64,000 nt of DNA from Octopus bimaculoides (Eukaryota), in the NCBI RefSeq assembly GCF_001194135.2, contig NC_068981.1, forward strand, positions 161,438,386 through 161,502,385, given 5' to 3'. Each line of letters starts with the position of its first letter. The stretch's first letter is position 1. Below are positions 1 to 14,739 of the stretch, one piece after another. The position numbers were made by a program, and so were the translations under genes. The notes beneath the pieces were generated by a model. That model worked only from the letters and a program-made list of their open reading frames with translations, had not been told where the DNA came from and did not search any database.

Positions 1-1104
1 GGAAATAGCTCTGAGAAGTAGCCTCAATGAGTAAAAACCCCAAATGAAGATACCCGTTGATGACAGAAGGACCCAGTAGAAATTCAAGAAAAGGGGTTGC
101 AGTACATTTGAGTCCATACAGAAAGGAAATTGGCTTGAAGGTAAGTGTAAGTACTCTTCTATAGATTATTAGGAGAAAGAACTTACAACTGTCCGTTTCT
201 ATGAGGAGCAGTTAAAAAATATGAACCATAATACTGAGATTGATTATAACAATTATATGAGGGAAATGATGTGTGCAAGGTACAAGAAACAAAAAAAAAA
301 ATTCACTTAGAGAGAGTGTGTGTGTGTGGTGTGTGTGCACGCGTGCGTGTCTGCAAATACCTATGTTGCTCCAGTGAAATACACACAACTTCATATACCA
401 TTACTGAAACTGTCTAGTGAACTTAGGAAGAAATGATAGTTGGTTTTGAGTTGTTCACAGCAGCAATGAGGGAGAAAAATATTGCTAGCCAAAGTTGAAC
501 ACTAAAGTGTTTTAAGAAGATGTTTACATTAATTATTATCTTGTTAGTCAGTCGAGTGGTGAATAGCACAGCATGCTGTCAAATGTTAACATACCTGGGC
601 ACATGCTAAGCAATAGTAAAAGATTGCATCTAAGTTAATTAAGTACCATTTTCTTCTAAATCTGTAATTTTTATAAATAATACTAAAGCTGAGAGAGAGA
701 GAGAGAGACAGTAGTGCCTAATTAACAGTTTATAAGTACATATTCTACACACACTCTCTAATTGAGATTGTATCAGTGCATGTGGTTTCATGATTACTGT
801 TTGGACGTGTGTGTGTGTGAGAGAGAGAGAAGGAGATAAACAGACAGAGAGGGGGGACATAGACTGACAGGCAGAGAGAGATATTCACACTGAAAGAGAG
901 TGAGTGAAACTGTACTGCAGTAATAATAACATTAAAATTTATGTGAGGTAAATAATAAATGGCTAATAAGTGCTTTGAAGTTGATAGCCAGTAGTTTGGG
1001 CATTAAATAAAGATAACTGAAGTGAAGACTTCAACAGGGGCAAGATGCTACTACTCATTTCCTATTCTTAGCCAATCATGGAACTGAAAGAGGTGTTGTA
1101 TATT

Positions 1105-1206
<102 letters not shown>

Positions 1207-1589
1207 TATATACATATATATATTTGATATGGATATAGGCTGCCTAACAGATGGTACACAGATAAGACAAATGAATGACTCAGTGACTATTACGTGTGTG
1301 TGTGCGCGCGCGTGTGCACGTGCAAAGAAAGACTAAGGGGTAAAGTAGGTTATCATAATCAAATTACAAAGTTTACTTAAAAGGAAACATGAGTGAGGAA
1401 GTAAATAGCCATTAATTATATAAATGAAATGTTAAAAGATGACGATGACGAAAGAAAATGGTCATGGTGACATATTAATGGAGTCATTAATATAAAACAT
1501 TAATAGTGTCGTTAATATAAGTTGTAGTTATCTCACTAATCAGGATATTCATATCCAATATACGGTGTCATATAGCAAAAAACCACAAG

Positions 1590-1760
1590 AGATCCTCTAT
1601 GTGGTTGCTGTACCTGCTAGAAATAGCAGCCAAATGTCCTCCAAATTATATTCAACGGTCTTTAAAAATATAGTTCTGAATCGACTATATAATGGGCGAT
1701 GGTCATGATTGAAATGTTTTTGATTATTAATCTCAAAATTAGGGTTTACCAGGGATAAAC
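1590..1760 (+). repeat. Dispersed repeat family H (tagaaatagcagccaaatc...gatggtcatg.ttg.aatg). Also near 10260, 18380, 40360, 44100, 49960 (-), 51500, 54200, 56030 (-), 60300 (-)
   Basis: Recurrent homologous segments; class not determined. Confidence 0.6.
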
Positions 1761-2273
1761 GAGAACGATATATGTCACACCAAAGAAAGTGACACTTTTT
1801 ATTGTTGTAACATGCCCAATTTGGTATCTCCCATTTGTTGTTGTCTCTAAAGAGTCAATAAAATGTGTCAAAGCAACTGACTGGAAGGAATGTTTCACTC
1901 CAGTGAGTTTTAACAAAAAGTATGGGATGAAACACTAGCAGCACTAGTTTTTCTTTGGTGGTTCTTGAGAAAATTTAAGTTCAATATCTGAAGCTAATGA
2001 AACACATTTAACCCTTTAGAATTTAATCTGGCCATATCCCACTTGTTTAATGTTACAGGCTGGTCAGATCTTGCCTCTCACACCTAACCTATAATGTCAT
2101 TCTAAAAATAAATAACGACACCATTGAAATCTCAAAGCTATAAGATTAATTCATGATTAATTCAAAACACTGTAAATGTATAAGTATTACACTTGAAGAG
2201 TAATTTGAATGTTCAAGTGTTAAGAAGCAATGCTTATATTGTACATACTAATGATTTATATATCCACTACTGC

Positions 2274-2334
<61 letters not shown>

Positions 2335-3084
2335 CTACTGCCTATTTATATGTTAACGATGGAAACCACTAACATGGTCATTTGATCTGTTAGAAATATA
2401 TGCTTAATTTCTAGTAGATCCAACTCTATCATCTTAATTAAGAAAAATACCAACCTGATACAATATAGTCAAGACTAAGCTATGACCCAGAGAGAGATAA
2501 TAAGATTATACAAGTCTACATTAATAAACAGTCAACTGCTAAATGTTATCCACGATACTATGTGGAGTACCAAACATAACATTTTCTGAATATATGAGGA
2601 GAGGCAATAATAAAATAATCTAATAAGAGACAAAATTTGACCTGGATTTTGTGTCTGGTGTGGGTAGGTGGAGAGTGACGAATTAAATAAACTAGTAATG
2701 TACAGCAGTTGATTCAATCATTATCTAAGTCTTTCTTTCTACTATTATTATATTTGTAGCCTTGTGTCAGTACAAAGAATGGACATCGATTGCATTTGTG
2801 TTTAGTCTTTTTAAATCAACACAAAAGGCCTAAAAGGACAGCAACATGTGTCCAAGACATGAACTTATCAATTATTTTAAAACTATTTACATAGTAGAGA
2901 AATGCCAGTCACATACTAAGGTTGATGGTTTTACTAAACCATCTCACAAAAACAAAAGAAAAAAACCTGCTAGAATTGTGCCCTAAATCAGAAATAATTG
3001 CTGCTGCTGCTACTACTACTTAAGACAGTGAGCTAGCAGAATAATTAGCTTGGACAAAAATGCTTAACCTTTCTTCCAGTTTTA

Positions 3085-3312
3085 TTGGGTTGTCCGGAAA
3101 GTTCGTGCCGATTTATAGTACCTTACCTTTCGATTTATTTGCCATGAAACCACCTCAATTCTGAGAAGAGGGTATTTTCAAGTTAAAGGAAAAATAGAGA
3201 CGCTTTGTGCAACAAAATGGTTCATATTTGGTTGATTAAAAATGTAATGGCAAGTATTTATTGACCATTTCCTTTCCGTTAAAAATTGGCACAAACTTTC
3301 CAGACAACTCAA
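3085..3312. mobile_element. Tc1/mariner-type MITE
   Basis: About 30-bp TIRs ttgggttgtccggaaagttcgtgccgattt / aaattggcacaaactttccagacaactcaa (4 mismatches), TA on both sides. Confidence 0.85.
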
Positions 3313-4283
3313 TACAGTCTGAGTTCAAACTCCACTGAGGTTAATACTGCCATTCATCTTTCTGAGGATCAGTCTGTCATCCTTTTGGGGATCCATAAAA
3401 TAGGTATCAGTTGAGCACTGGAGTTGAGATGATCAGATATCTCCCTCCCTACAAGAGTTTCAGGCCTTGTGTCTATAGTATTACATTACGAGTTCAAATT
3501 CCACTGAGGTTGACTTTGCTTTTCATCCTTTCGAGGTCGATGAATTAAATACCAGTGAAGCACTGGAGCCGATGTGATCGACTAGTCCCCTCTACTAATT
3601 TCAGGCCTGGTGCCTATAGTGAAAAGGATTATCATTATCATTATTATTATTATTAAAGACAGCAAGCTGGCGGAATCATTAGCACGCTTAGCAAAATGCT
3701 TAGCAGCATTTTGTCTGCCGCTATGTTCTAAGTTCAAATTTGGCTGAGGTTGACTTTGCCTTTCATAATTTTGGAGTCAATAAATTAAGTACCAGTTGAG
3801 TACTGAGTTCAATGTAATCAACTATCCATTCCCAAATTTCAGGCCTTGTGCCTATAGTAGAAAGGATTATAATAATAATAATTATTATTATTAAAATAAT
3901 TTTTGATAAAGTGAAAGCTTGGCAGTATTTATATACTTTGAAGGTTAAAATTTGTTTTTAGTAAATAAAGTAAGAATTGCAAAGTACACTTAACACTTAA
4001 GTTTTACAAATTCTCCTGTGAAAATACATTGTACAGAGACCTCAATGGTTATGTGAACAATGAACAACGGAATTGTGATGATAATAGCAATGACAACAAC
4101 ACACACACATAGCTACTAAAACCATATTTTGAAATGAGATGTTAAAAAGAAAACAAAAAAAAAATTATTCCCACTATTAAATATTTCTATTTGTTTTTCA
4201 AACAAATATTTCCACTAGCAAGGAATAACACATGTTCACAGATACACACAGACACACATGTGCATTTGTGCGTTTGTGTGTTT

Positions 4284-4323
<40 letters not shown>

Positions 4324-4338
4324 TGAGAATGAACTTAC

Positions 4339-4370
4339 ACAAGAACTTCAATCCCTGGTAGCTAGATGGA
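4339..4370 (-). CDS. Candidate 32-nt exon: (S)PSSYQGLKFL
   Basis: tttattctactttgtttcag|TCCATC...TTCTTGT|gtaagt; only the phase-2 entry frame is open, matching the exit phase of the 33917 exon. Confidence 0.35.
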
Positions 4371-4794
4371 CTGAAACAAAGTAGAATAAACATGATGTTT
4401 CACAGTGGCTGAATAAACCAAGTAGACCAATTTTTTTTTTTATCTCTGATTTTATTTGTTAATATTTGTGAAGCTAATCTCCTACAGGAAAAAAAAATGT
4501 GTTGATTAATTTTTTTTTTTTTACATATTGGTCTGTGAAGTAACAATCTTTAGACATAAGCTTCACAGGCTCACTGCTTCAAATATTAACCTCTATTAAG
4601 CTTCAAAATCAAAAGAAAAGGAAAGATAAAATGTAGTAAGAAGCTTGCTCCCCAACCACATGGTTCTGGATTCAGTCCCACTGCATGGCATCTTGAGCAA
4701 GTGTCTTCTACTATATCCTTGGGCTGACAGAAGTCATGTGAGTGGATTTGGTAGATGGAAACTGAAAGAAGCCTGTCATGTGTGTGTGTGTGTA

Positions 4795-4838
<44 letters not shown>

Positions 4839-7179
4839 TTTGTGTCTCTCCTCTACCATTGGCTTCATAACTTAGTGGTTCAGCAAGAGACAGATAAAGT
4901 ACTAGGCTTACAAAGAATAAGTACTGGAGTTGATTCTTTGGACTAAAAGACCCTTTAAGGCAGTGCCCCAGCATGGCTGCAGTCAAATGACTGAAACAAG
5001 TAAAAGAATAAAATAAAGACATAAAAAAATCCAACAAGGTGCAGACAAGAAGTTCTTTCCAGATGATGCTAAACCTTCTGACACAGAAGAGTGCTTAGTT
5101 CCAGTCTTTTTCAAAATTCAAAACAACATTATTTGAACAGTGGTTTCCTGCAGTTTAGGATTTGGCAACAGCCGCAGCACTAGACGCTAAGAATTTAAAA
5201 TAGTATTGAATTTGTAAGAGAAATTTCGTCAGCTACATTCAGCAGGTTGAGTAACAGCATAGAAATGTTCATTTGCTGGAGTATATGTAATAGAAGCATG
5301 TGAAACATTATCAGTGACTTTGAAGTAAACTCTCTGTAAATCACTTAAGCAAGGAACATATCAAATCAGAATTTAAAATCATTTAATATGATAGCAACAC
5401 TTTGATACAGTACAACAACTATTTGAAATGTCAGTAGCTAAATATGCTAACATCATATAAAGTATCTGCCATATCTTAAAGTCCACTACAAACTGACATT
5501 AGGGCTCTTCAAATGTACAAGATTCAGAGTAAAAGAAGAAGAAAGAAGGGAGAAAAGAAAATAGAAAAGAAATGAGTAAAAGAATAAAATAATAATACAA
5601 TATCAGAACAAATTTCTGAAACATTGCTACTAAATACTTAAATATTGGTCTCCTTGGTTTGTTTGAAGAAAGTAGTTTGAAGAATAACAGATGAGTGAAC
5701 GGCTGAAGTTAAGCTGAAAATCAATATGAAAACAGCATTCAATCTTGCAATATGTCACTTCAGTAGATTATCATTCTATCATAGCTGACTATAAAACCTC
5801 TGTGACCAACCATGTATGGCTGAGAGTTTTGAAATAAGAGAGAAAGACTAGAGCAATGCTTGTATATTACATGATTACTGCTCAAAATAAAGGAATGCAT
5901 ATACAAGCTGGCATAGTATCAATATAGCAAAATGTTTTAGATAATGTTTATCACAAGATGAAGCAAGTAGCTCTACTGTTATACAGACAGAATTAACTAT
6001 GAAGAGAGGATTGTTTTCTGTTATATCAGAAGAAAGCAAGAATGAAATGAGTACAACATCTTGAGATGTAGGCAAAAAAATTACCAATTCTTCATGAAAA
6101 TATTTTTGCATGTTGCTTCTTAAAACAAAAACAATAAATACTAACTATACATCAATCACAAAAACAGAGATGTGTAGATAATGTAATTTCCCTATTAACC
6201 CTGATAATGCCATGGAGAAATAATAACACTTCTGGTAAGAACCATTCAGCCAGTTAAACGTGCACATGCACATACACAGATATGAGGAACAGGGGTGTAA
6301 ATCATGTTGGAGTTAGTTCAGATCCTCTTGGTCACATCTGCACTTTACTGATGCTGCTCAAGTCTTTTAGACATTTACTTATTTAAATCAACTGTGCTAA
6401 GCAGTGTTTGCAATCTTCCATAAAAAATATGTCTGGTCAATTGTACTGTTCGTGTTTGATGAATTACCCTTTAGCATTCAGATTATTTTTTCAAATTAAT
6501 CCTGTATTATCTTGTCGCTTCAAGATTTCAATGATGTGATAATATATTTAAAAAATGATATTGTAGAGGTGTAGGAGGCTAGTTGTAGCGAGTTTGAACA
6601 CAAAACAAGTAGAATATTTGGGCTATGTATGGTCGGTTCAAATTCTAAAGAGTTAAGGGATAAAAATGTGTGAGTTGGCAACAGGAAGAGCACCTGGCCA
6701 TATAAAATATGTTTCAATGGATTTTGTCTGAGTCATGCAAGCATGGTTAAGTGCACATTGAAACAATAATAATGATGAACCTTCAATTAAAACCAGTTTT
6801 ATTGTTTTTCACACTCAGTGACACACCTCATACACATTGCTTTATACTTTCATTATAAACACACAAAAATCCCAAAATTAAAAAACAAAAAAGAAAGAGA
6901 AAAAACAAGGGCAACAGGTCAACAGATTGAATTCTAGTTCTATTATTCACAAATAAGGTCACAAAAGAGAAAATATATGTCTATGACCACAAAAAATATT
7001 TCTGAAACAAGATTGTGTGGGAATTTCTTTTTTATTACCAATTCTATTCTTAGTGATCTGAATAAAGATCATGAAATTATTTTCTTATATTTTTACAACT
7101 ATATAAGCAAACTAACTGCACAAGTCTCACTTGAGCATGCTTATATGCATCTAAGTAAGGTCTGAAATGGTGCTTTACT

Positions 7180-7780
7180 AATCTAATATAATAGATGCAT
7201 AAACTAATTTCTGTGTGTCAGTGTGTCACACTTAGACCTCCCTCTACCACTGTTCAATGACACTCCTACTATTCCTCATGATGGGGTGAGAGTAATAGTA
7301 GGCATAGAGACAGTGAGGGCAGTGGCGAAGACAGAGGGTGAGGGAGAAACCAAAAAGATAGGGAGAGAAAGAGAGACATATTAAACATATCTAATATAAT
7401 AAATGTGAATGTCAGTGTGTCACACTTTTTCAACTTTAATAAATCCTTTCTACTGGAAGCACAAGGCTTCAGATTTTAAGGGAAGGGATTAAGTCAATTA
7501 CATCGACCCCAGTACATAACTGGTACTAAATTTATTGACCCCGAAAGGATGAAAGGCAAAGTCGACCTCAGCAGAATTCGAACTCAAAACCTAATGGCAG
7601 ATGAAATACCGCTAAGCATTTTGCCTGGCATGCTCATGATTCTGCCAGCTTGCCGCCTTAATATAATATAATATAATAAATGTGAATGTCAGTGTGTCAC
7701 ACTTTTTCAACTTTACTCGTAGAGGCTGTAGCCCAACATATACCATTTCGGAATCAGGCTCCCTACAATTTGTGATTGTA
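7180..7780. mobile_element. Helitron-like starts (atctaatataata.atg...tgtcagtgtgtcacact) with a nested SINE
   Basis: Start motif at about 7181 and 7389; resembles the 5' end of non-autonomous Helitrons. Confidence 0.3.
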
Positions 7781-9589
7781 GTAGAAAGGATTATTATTAT
7801 TATTAGGCAGTGAGTTGGCAGAATCATTAGCACACTGGACAAAATGCTAAGCAGTATTTCCGTCGGGGTTGACTTTGCCTTTCATCCTTTTGGGGTCAAT
7901 AAATTAAGTACCAGTGAAACACTGGGGTTGATATAATCGACTAGTCCTCTTCCCCTAAATTCCAGGCCTTGTGCCTTTAGTGGAAAGGATTATTATTATG
8001 ATGATAATTATTATTATTTGATATAGGTTTATGTTTTATTGTTGACTCATTGACGTGACAATAAAATCTCTCAACACTCTTAAATTCTATCACATGTAAA
8101 AACAAAACAACAAGGATTAATAAACAGCACAACCTTACATTCTCATAACATGCTCAACAGAGACGCAGCACAGCAATTCACTTGTTTGTTACTTTTATAC
8201 ATTTTTTCCCCGTTTCCCTTCATTTTCATAGGTATATAACAGTGTCTGTTTTCAAGTTATTGACATTAAAAATATATAATAAAACAATTAGTCATAAAAG
8301 AAAATTTGACATTGGAAAGAGAAAGAGAAAGCAATTACACTGCCAGTCAGTGATGTACAAAAATAAATAAATAAAAAAGAGAAAAGTAGAAAAAAGAAGA
8401 AGAAGAAGACTGTTGCTCCAACTAATACTAATTACCCACTGAGCTTGTCTGCAGAAACTGACCTGACTGAATGATTGAATGAAGACATCAGCGTTTTATG
8501 AACCAAACACTTAATTGCAAGTAAACAACACACCGATTATTTGTTGTCTGCATAGTTATTTGTTTTGAAAGACAATCAGAATGTTGGGTGTGTGTAACTA
8601 GGCATTAATGACAAAGATATTATTTGCTTGTTATGTTGAGGTAGAGGTAAACTAGTGTAAAATTAGTGTAAAAACAAGCACACTAATTTCTTTCAGATGC
8701 CACCAGTTTATTGGTTATTTCATGTAAAAAAAAAATAAAACCACCTTAATTTGAAGAAAAACCAGTTGTTACCCAGCTTGGCCTATCTCAGCAATTTACA
8801 TGACTATACAATTTAATGATGACATAAAACTGATGTTCCTAATGGTTATAAGAGTGTGCATGCATGTGCACTTTGCACAGTATTCACATGAAACTAACTA
8901 GTTTATTCGATGTATAACGGTCATGTAATAACTCTTTTTCTTTTCCTTTTTTTTCTTTTTTACTTAAGATGTCAATGACTGAAACAAGGATTCGTCAATA
9001 GCCTGTATGAGTGGTCGGAAAAAGGGTCAACTACCTTCAAAGGAAGGAGGACAATATCCCTCTTATTTTCTTTCTCTTTCATACATGCATACAAACACAT
9101 GACTTGATTGATTTATTGATCCTACAGATAGCTTCATTTATAATTAACAAGCAACTTTGATGACTTGGTTTGCTATATTGCTGATATTCATTTGATTCAG
9201 ATAAAAGAATAATGTTTGCAATTATCTCCCTTGTCAACCTTCCCTGTTCCCACAACTCCCACATCTCCTGTCAACGATGTATGCACATCACTAATTACTA
9301 CTCAGTTTAAACACCATCAAAGCTAAAGGTAGCAGAAATAGATGCATCAGACAAATACCTTGCAGTATTTACATCCTCCCCTGTTTTAAAGTGAAATCGT
9401 GTCAGGGTTATCTGTGGTATTTAATTCATTTCTCCAGAATCAACAGTAGGATTGATTCTCATCATTTAACACAGTTGTTAATATTTCACAACTGTAAGGC
9501 GGTGAGCTGGCAGAATCATTAGCATACTGGGCAAATGCTTAGTGGCATTTCGTCCATCTTTTCAATCTGAGTTCAAATTCTGCTGCAGG

Positions 9590-9622
<33 letters not shown>

Positions 9623-10953
9623 TATTATTAAAGGGTGAGCTGACAGAATCATTAGCATGCTGGGCAAAATGCTTAGCAGTATTTTGTACATAGATAGAAA
9701 ATAAAGATGTACAAACAAATGAAGAGATAGAAAACAGAAAAATATGTTCCATATTATTCTTAAAGACAATGGAAAACCAAGAAAGTCACAGTGACATAAA
9801 AAATAATAATAAAATTTAAAATGATAAAAAGTTTAGGAAATAATAAAATTAATAAGCCAAATATTTCTCCAGCGAACAGTCACTTGGCTGATGAATTGGT
9901 GTTTTGTAAGTGAAAAGTGGGTTACGAGAACACACTTCATCTTCTCTTATATTTGGTTACATTCTTTGTGTGTGCACACATGTATGTATTTATATATAAA
10001 ATGACCTTTTATAGTCATACAGTGATTAAATATTGAATACATATCAAAGATTAAGAAACTAGGACTAACTTTAATGAAGAAAGAATGTGAGGTCACTAGG
10101 GAATGAATACTGATCAAAAACAATTCCACAGAGAATTATTGGCTTAACCAATATGATCTATGTTATGTTTTATGTTGTGTCTTTAACTTCAAATAGTTTT
10201 AGTTACAAATGCTACACCTCCAAATTTAAAGAATATATGACTGAAAACTACTTGCAATAAAGGAAGCTCTACATAGCCATTTGGTAGAAATAGCAATTAA
10301 ATCTTTAAATCCCTATCTAACATCTTGGGAAATAGTATATTAGGTAATGTAGCCCAGGTACATTAAGCCAGGGGAAAAGACAAGACAGCTGTAGCTGAAA
10401 TATGAGGGAGCTCCTATGTATTCAGTCAAACTACTAGAACCTCCCCCCCCCCCAAAAAAAAAACAAGTAAAATCTCCCTCAAATGAAACTGATAATCTTG
10501 GGAAAGGCAAAGACGTATTACATAATGTAAAACTGCATTTATATGAGGTGATTGCAGCTGGAACGTTTTTGATCATAAGGTCTGAATAGCATGACAAAGG
10601 TTGATCTAAGTCTGAACAGTAACTCTGCAGATATTCAGTGAATTTATATAACAGAAAAGTTGATGTGTATATTTGTTTATTCCTGTTCAATGTTATGGAC
10701 TAAGCTCCATCTTGCCATACCGTGAGAGTAAATTTTGAACTCTCGTAAAAGTTAATAGATTAAATAATGTAAATAGGTCTGGGATGAGAATTTTTTTTTT
10801 ATTTGCATCTATGGCGTGTTTGATTTCCAAATTAAGAGCATACATAAATGGCCTAGTGGATCAAATCTGGGACTATATATATATATATACACATTCAAAA
10901 ATAACCACCTGAAAATGATCATTGATAAAAACCATCTGAAGCACAGTGTAGTG

Positions 10954-10985
<32 letters not shown>

Positions 10986-11125
10986 CATCATTATCTTCAG
11001 GCCTCAAGAAGAGATTAATAATAATCTGAAAAATTATAATCGTGTTAAGTTAAGTGGTCATAAGTTTTTCACTCTAATTTCACAGTTTTTGTGAATTGAA
11101 GCAAAACATTTTTCTTTGTAAGCAC

Positions 11126-11167
<42 letters not shown>

Positions 11168-13622
11168 ATAGGTTTAAAAATGATGGAAAAAGTAAGACAT
11201 TCTTGTAAGTTTTCTTAAGGTATAATTCATTATCAATGTTATCTTAGAATTATTTCATTTCTACTCAAGTGCATTAAGTATTTCTTAAAATAAATTTACC
11301 TAATGTATATTATTTCCAGTAGTTGTTCCTTGCCTTTTAGAAAATAAATGGAAGGCCAACTAATGGAGCAGAATAATGAGGAATTAATTAGCCAATAAAA
11401 ATAAATAAATAATGTATCTATTAAGATGGCTAAGAAGATTTTGGACAGAATAAGGCAGATGTTACAAAAGTGAAGAACACAACAAACTTTCCTGAAGAAG
11501 CGATTTGGTTTGATTCAGTAAATCATGCAACTATTTTTGAACAGTGTCTATTTCTAGCATCTTTCAATGAGAGGAATTAAAGCTATGATTATAGAGTGAA
11601 TGGTTAACAAAGATTTATTGATTCTTCTTAATAGGGTGAAAGGTTGAGAGAACAATGTGAATTAGAGTATGAAATGCATCAGGTGTTGGAAGAAATCAAA
11701 TAGTGAGGCAAGTGTTGCAAAATGGATGGAGAAATTAGAACAAGAAAGCAAAGCTTATATGCATATCTCACAAAGACTATCTACAAGACAAGATTAATTC
11801 TTATCCTTAAAAGCAATTTCACATTCTGATATATGTAAGAGAAGCAGTACCACATTTAAATAGCCATGTGTGCACCATACTTAATCTAAATACATGATAA
11901 AAGTGACAAATTTACTGTGGTGTTTGTCTGGAGATAATACCTTTTTATGGATATGCTGTGTTTAAAAACATAATCCTTTCTATTATAGGCACAAGGCCTG
12001 AAATTTGTGGAGAAGGGATAAGTTGATTACATTGACCCGAGTGTGCAACTGGTACTTATTTAATCGACCCCAAAAGGATGAAAGGCAAAGTCGACCTTAG
12101 CAGAATTTGAACTCAGAATGTAGTGACAGACGAAATACCACTAAGCATTTCGCCCAGTGAAAACATAAAATATACCAGAGACAGGCAAAATTCATCTTAG
12201 GAGCAGCTGGTAAGAATGCAAGAATCATTTCTGCTTTGCTGGGCATTCGCAATAGCATGTACACATTAAGATGAAATTTGTCACCACATATACATAGTAA
12301 AACACTGAATGAATAATCACTGGTGTTGTAAACAGCCATCCAACTCATGATGCTCAGATTGCTCCAGAAGGCAAGAGGCACCTACTTATATAAATAATTT
12401 TGGGATATTTTGAAAAAAACACATTTAAATAGTAAACTTAAAAAAACTAGTGCAATTCAGAGAGATATGTAAATTCTAGTGAGTTATAAAACAGTGTATG
12501 AAAGATTTAAAAAAAAAACAAAAAAAAAAATGAAGAATGAATAAATAATGACTGAGGAAACTAACTGCATTTGAATAAATTCCAAATATATTTTATCAAC
12601 AGGATTATATAATAGTAAAGTAGTACATTTTTTCATCATACAAACATGCCATTGTTCTCATCGCAGTCTTTGCTTTTAATCTTTTATTTCTGTCTTCCAC
12701 TATATTGTGCTATTGAGTTAATCTCACTAAGTAAACTTTGCCTATCATCCTTCTAGGGTCAATAGAATAAATTACCAGGAAGGTACTGGAGAACAATCTA
12801 ATTGTCTATACCCATTTTCCCCAAAATTTGTGGTTTTGTGCCAATGTTACTGCTATTCATTAATTCATTTTCTCTGACTATCTAGAACATATACACAGTA
12901 AACAGCAAAAATAGTTAAATACTCATGTGTAATGGAACAATATATTCTTTTATTCTTTTACTTGTTTCAATCATTTAACCACGGTCATGCCAGAGCACCT
13001 TCTTGAAGAGTTTTAGTCGAAGAAATCAACCCCAGGACTTATTCTTTGTAAACCTAGTACTTATTGTATCGGTTCCTTTTGTGTGTGTGTGTGTGCACAC
13101 GTGCATGTACACACACACGTGCTAACAGAGAGACATACAGGACCATCTAAGCAAGATATTTATTTACTCACTGAGATGTGCATTCAAACTCAACAGGTAC
13201 TTGGTGCTATGACTTCAGGGTTATGAGGAAAAAAAAAACAAAACAAAAAAACTCTTGGAAGAATGGACCTCAGATATACCCACAAAAAAATATTGTATTG
13301 TACTTCTATTTACCACTGAAAGCTGTTTAGATTATGGTGATCCCCCCCCCCCCNNNNNNNNNNNNNNNNNNCTCTGTCTCTCACACACACACACACACAC
13401 ATTTATACTCCACCAGCCCACCCAAACCTCAGAACTGAAAATAAGTTAATCAAATAAATGTGTCAACAGTATGAAAATGAACTTACTCAAGAATATGAGC
13501 ATAGAAGACTGTTTTTAATTATGTCTGCTCTTGAACTAATTATCAAGTATTAGCAAGCACAAAGTATCATTTCAGTGTTTATAAACCAAAGAGCCCATAT
13601 GCTAAAGTTAAACAACATCTAC

Positions 13623-13677
<55 letters not shown>

Positions 13678-13809
13678 TCTCCCTCTCTAATAAGTTTTGC
13701 TAGTTTTAAGCATTTTGAAAATTATACAGGGTGTATTCATCTTAGTATTTTAAGGTTAGGTAGGGTTATGTACACATGTTAGCACAAGCAACTGATATTA
13801 CAAACTCAC

Positions 13810-13827
13810 CTCCTTCTAAATAAACAC
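13810..13827 (-). CDS. Candidate 18-nt microexon, phase 2/2: (R)CLFRR
   Basis: ttctaactatgtcag|GTGTTTATTTAGAAGGAG|gtgagt; branch-point-like CTAAC; symmetric length. Confidence 0.25.
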
Positions 13828-14739
13828 CTGACATAGTTAGAAAGTACTAAGTCAGGAGGTTAGTTTCGACAATTGACCATACTGAAAGTACCTCAGAGAA
13901 CTTCAGACTAGCAGTAAGTGTTATAAACAGCTACTTTGCACTTGACAATATTACTACATATACAACTAAGTCACTTATCACAGCTAAAAAAGGGCGAACG
14001 AAAATGAAGCTTGTGAGCCAGCACATTTAAAATAGTCAAGCAGCTGTTAAAAACTCAGAAGCTAGTGAACCAAACTGCTTAAATATAGTTAAATAGCTGT
14101 TATGAAAGCTGAAGTGTCCTCATGCTGTTATACTGTTTGTTAGCTCTGTTATAGAGAAAAAAAAAAACAACATAGAACTACTGTTTATAATGAACCTATA
14201 GTAAATTAATTAGAAATTTACAATACAAATCTAGCGCTGTACCATACTGAGCAAACATTATTAATCCTTTTGTTTCCATATTTCTACTGAAACCTACTGC
14301 CTTTGATTTAATTAATTTTAAAAATAATGAAGAATTTAGTTAACTTTGTCATTATTAGGATAGTGTTTGGATCTTAAACTAACATGAAATTTTGATGGAA
14401 TTTAGATCACATTAAAACAGTAAGTTTGTGTCATAAGACCAGAGGAGGTCTGAGATGTGTTGATATCAGAAGAGTTAAAGCAATGAGTGGTGAATGGCAG
14501 GTAAATCAGAAAATGTATCAGAGAACATACGTTGCAGTACAAACCCCGCTGATGTTGACTTTGTCTTTCATCCTTCAAGGGTCAATAAAATAAATCAAGA
14601 GTCAAATACGGGTTCAGTCCTACTGCATGGCACCTTGGGCAAGTGTCTTCTACTATATCCTTGAGAGGACTGAAGCCTTGTGAGTGGATTTGGTAGACGG
14701 AAACTGAAAGAAGCCCGTCGTATATATATATACATATAT

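Noticed and set aside
1-140. Plus-strand segment MTEGPSRNSRKGVAVHLSPYRKEIGLK ending at AAG|GTAAGT
   Set aside because: No acceptor or partner exon visible; it could be a decayed LINE endonuclease fragment; at the window edge.
8965-9411. Minus-strand pieces ITLTRFHFKTGEDVNTA and AIDESLFQSLTS*
   Set aside because: Weak splice sites and inconsistent phases.
9873-9905. 33-nt plus-strand exon-like segment (NSHLADELVF)
   Set aside because: Isolated; no plus-strand gene context in the region.
12176-12381. 94-aa minus ORF with possible AG/GT ends
   Set aside because: Closed in the phase required by the upstream exon; no homology recognised.
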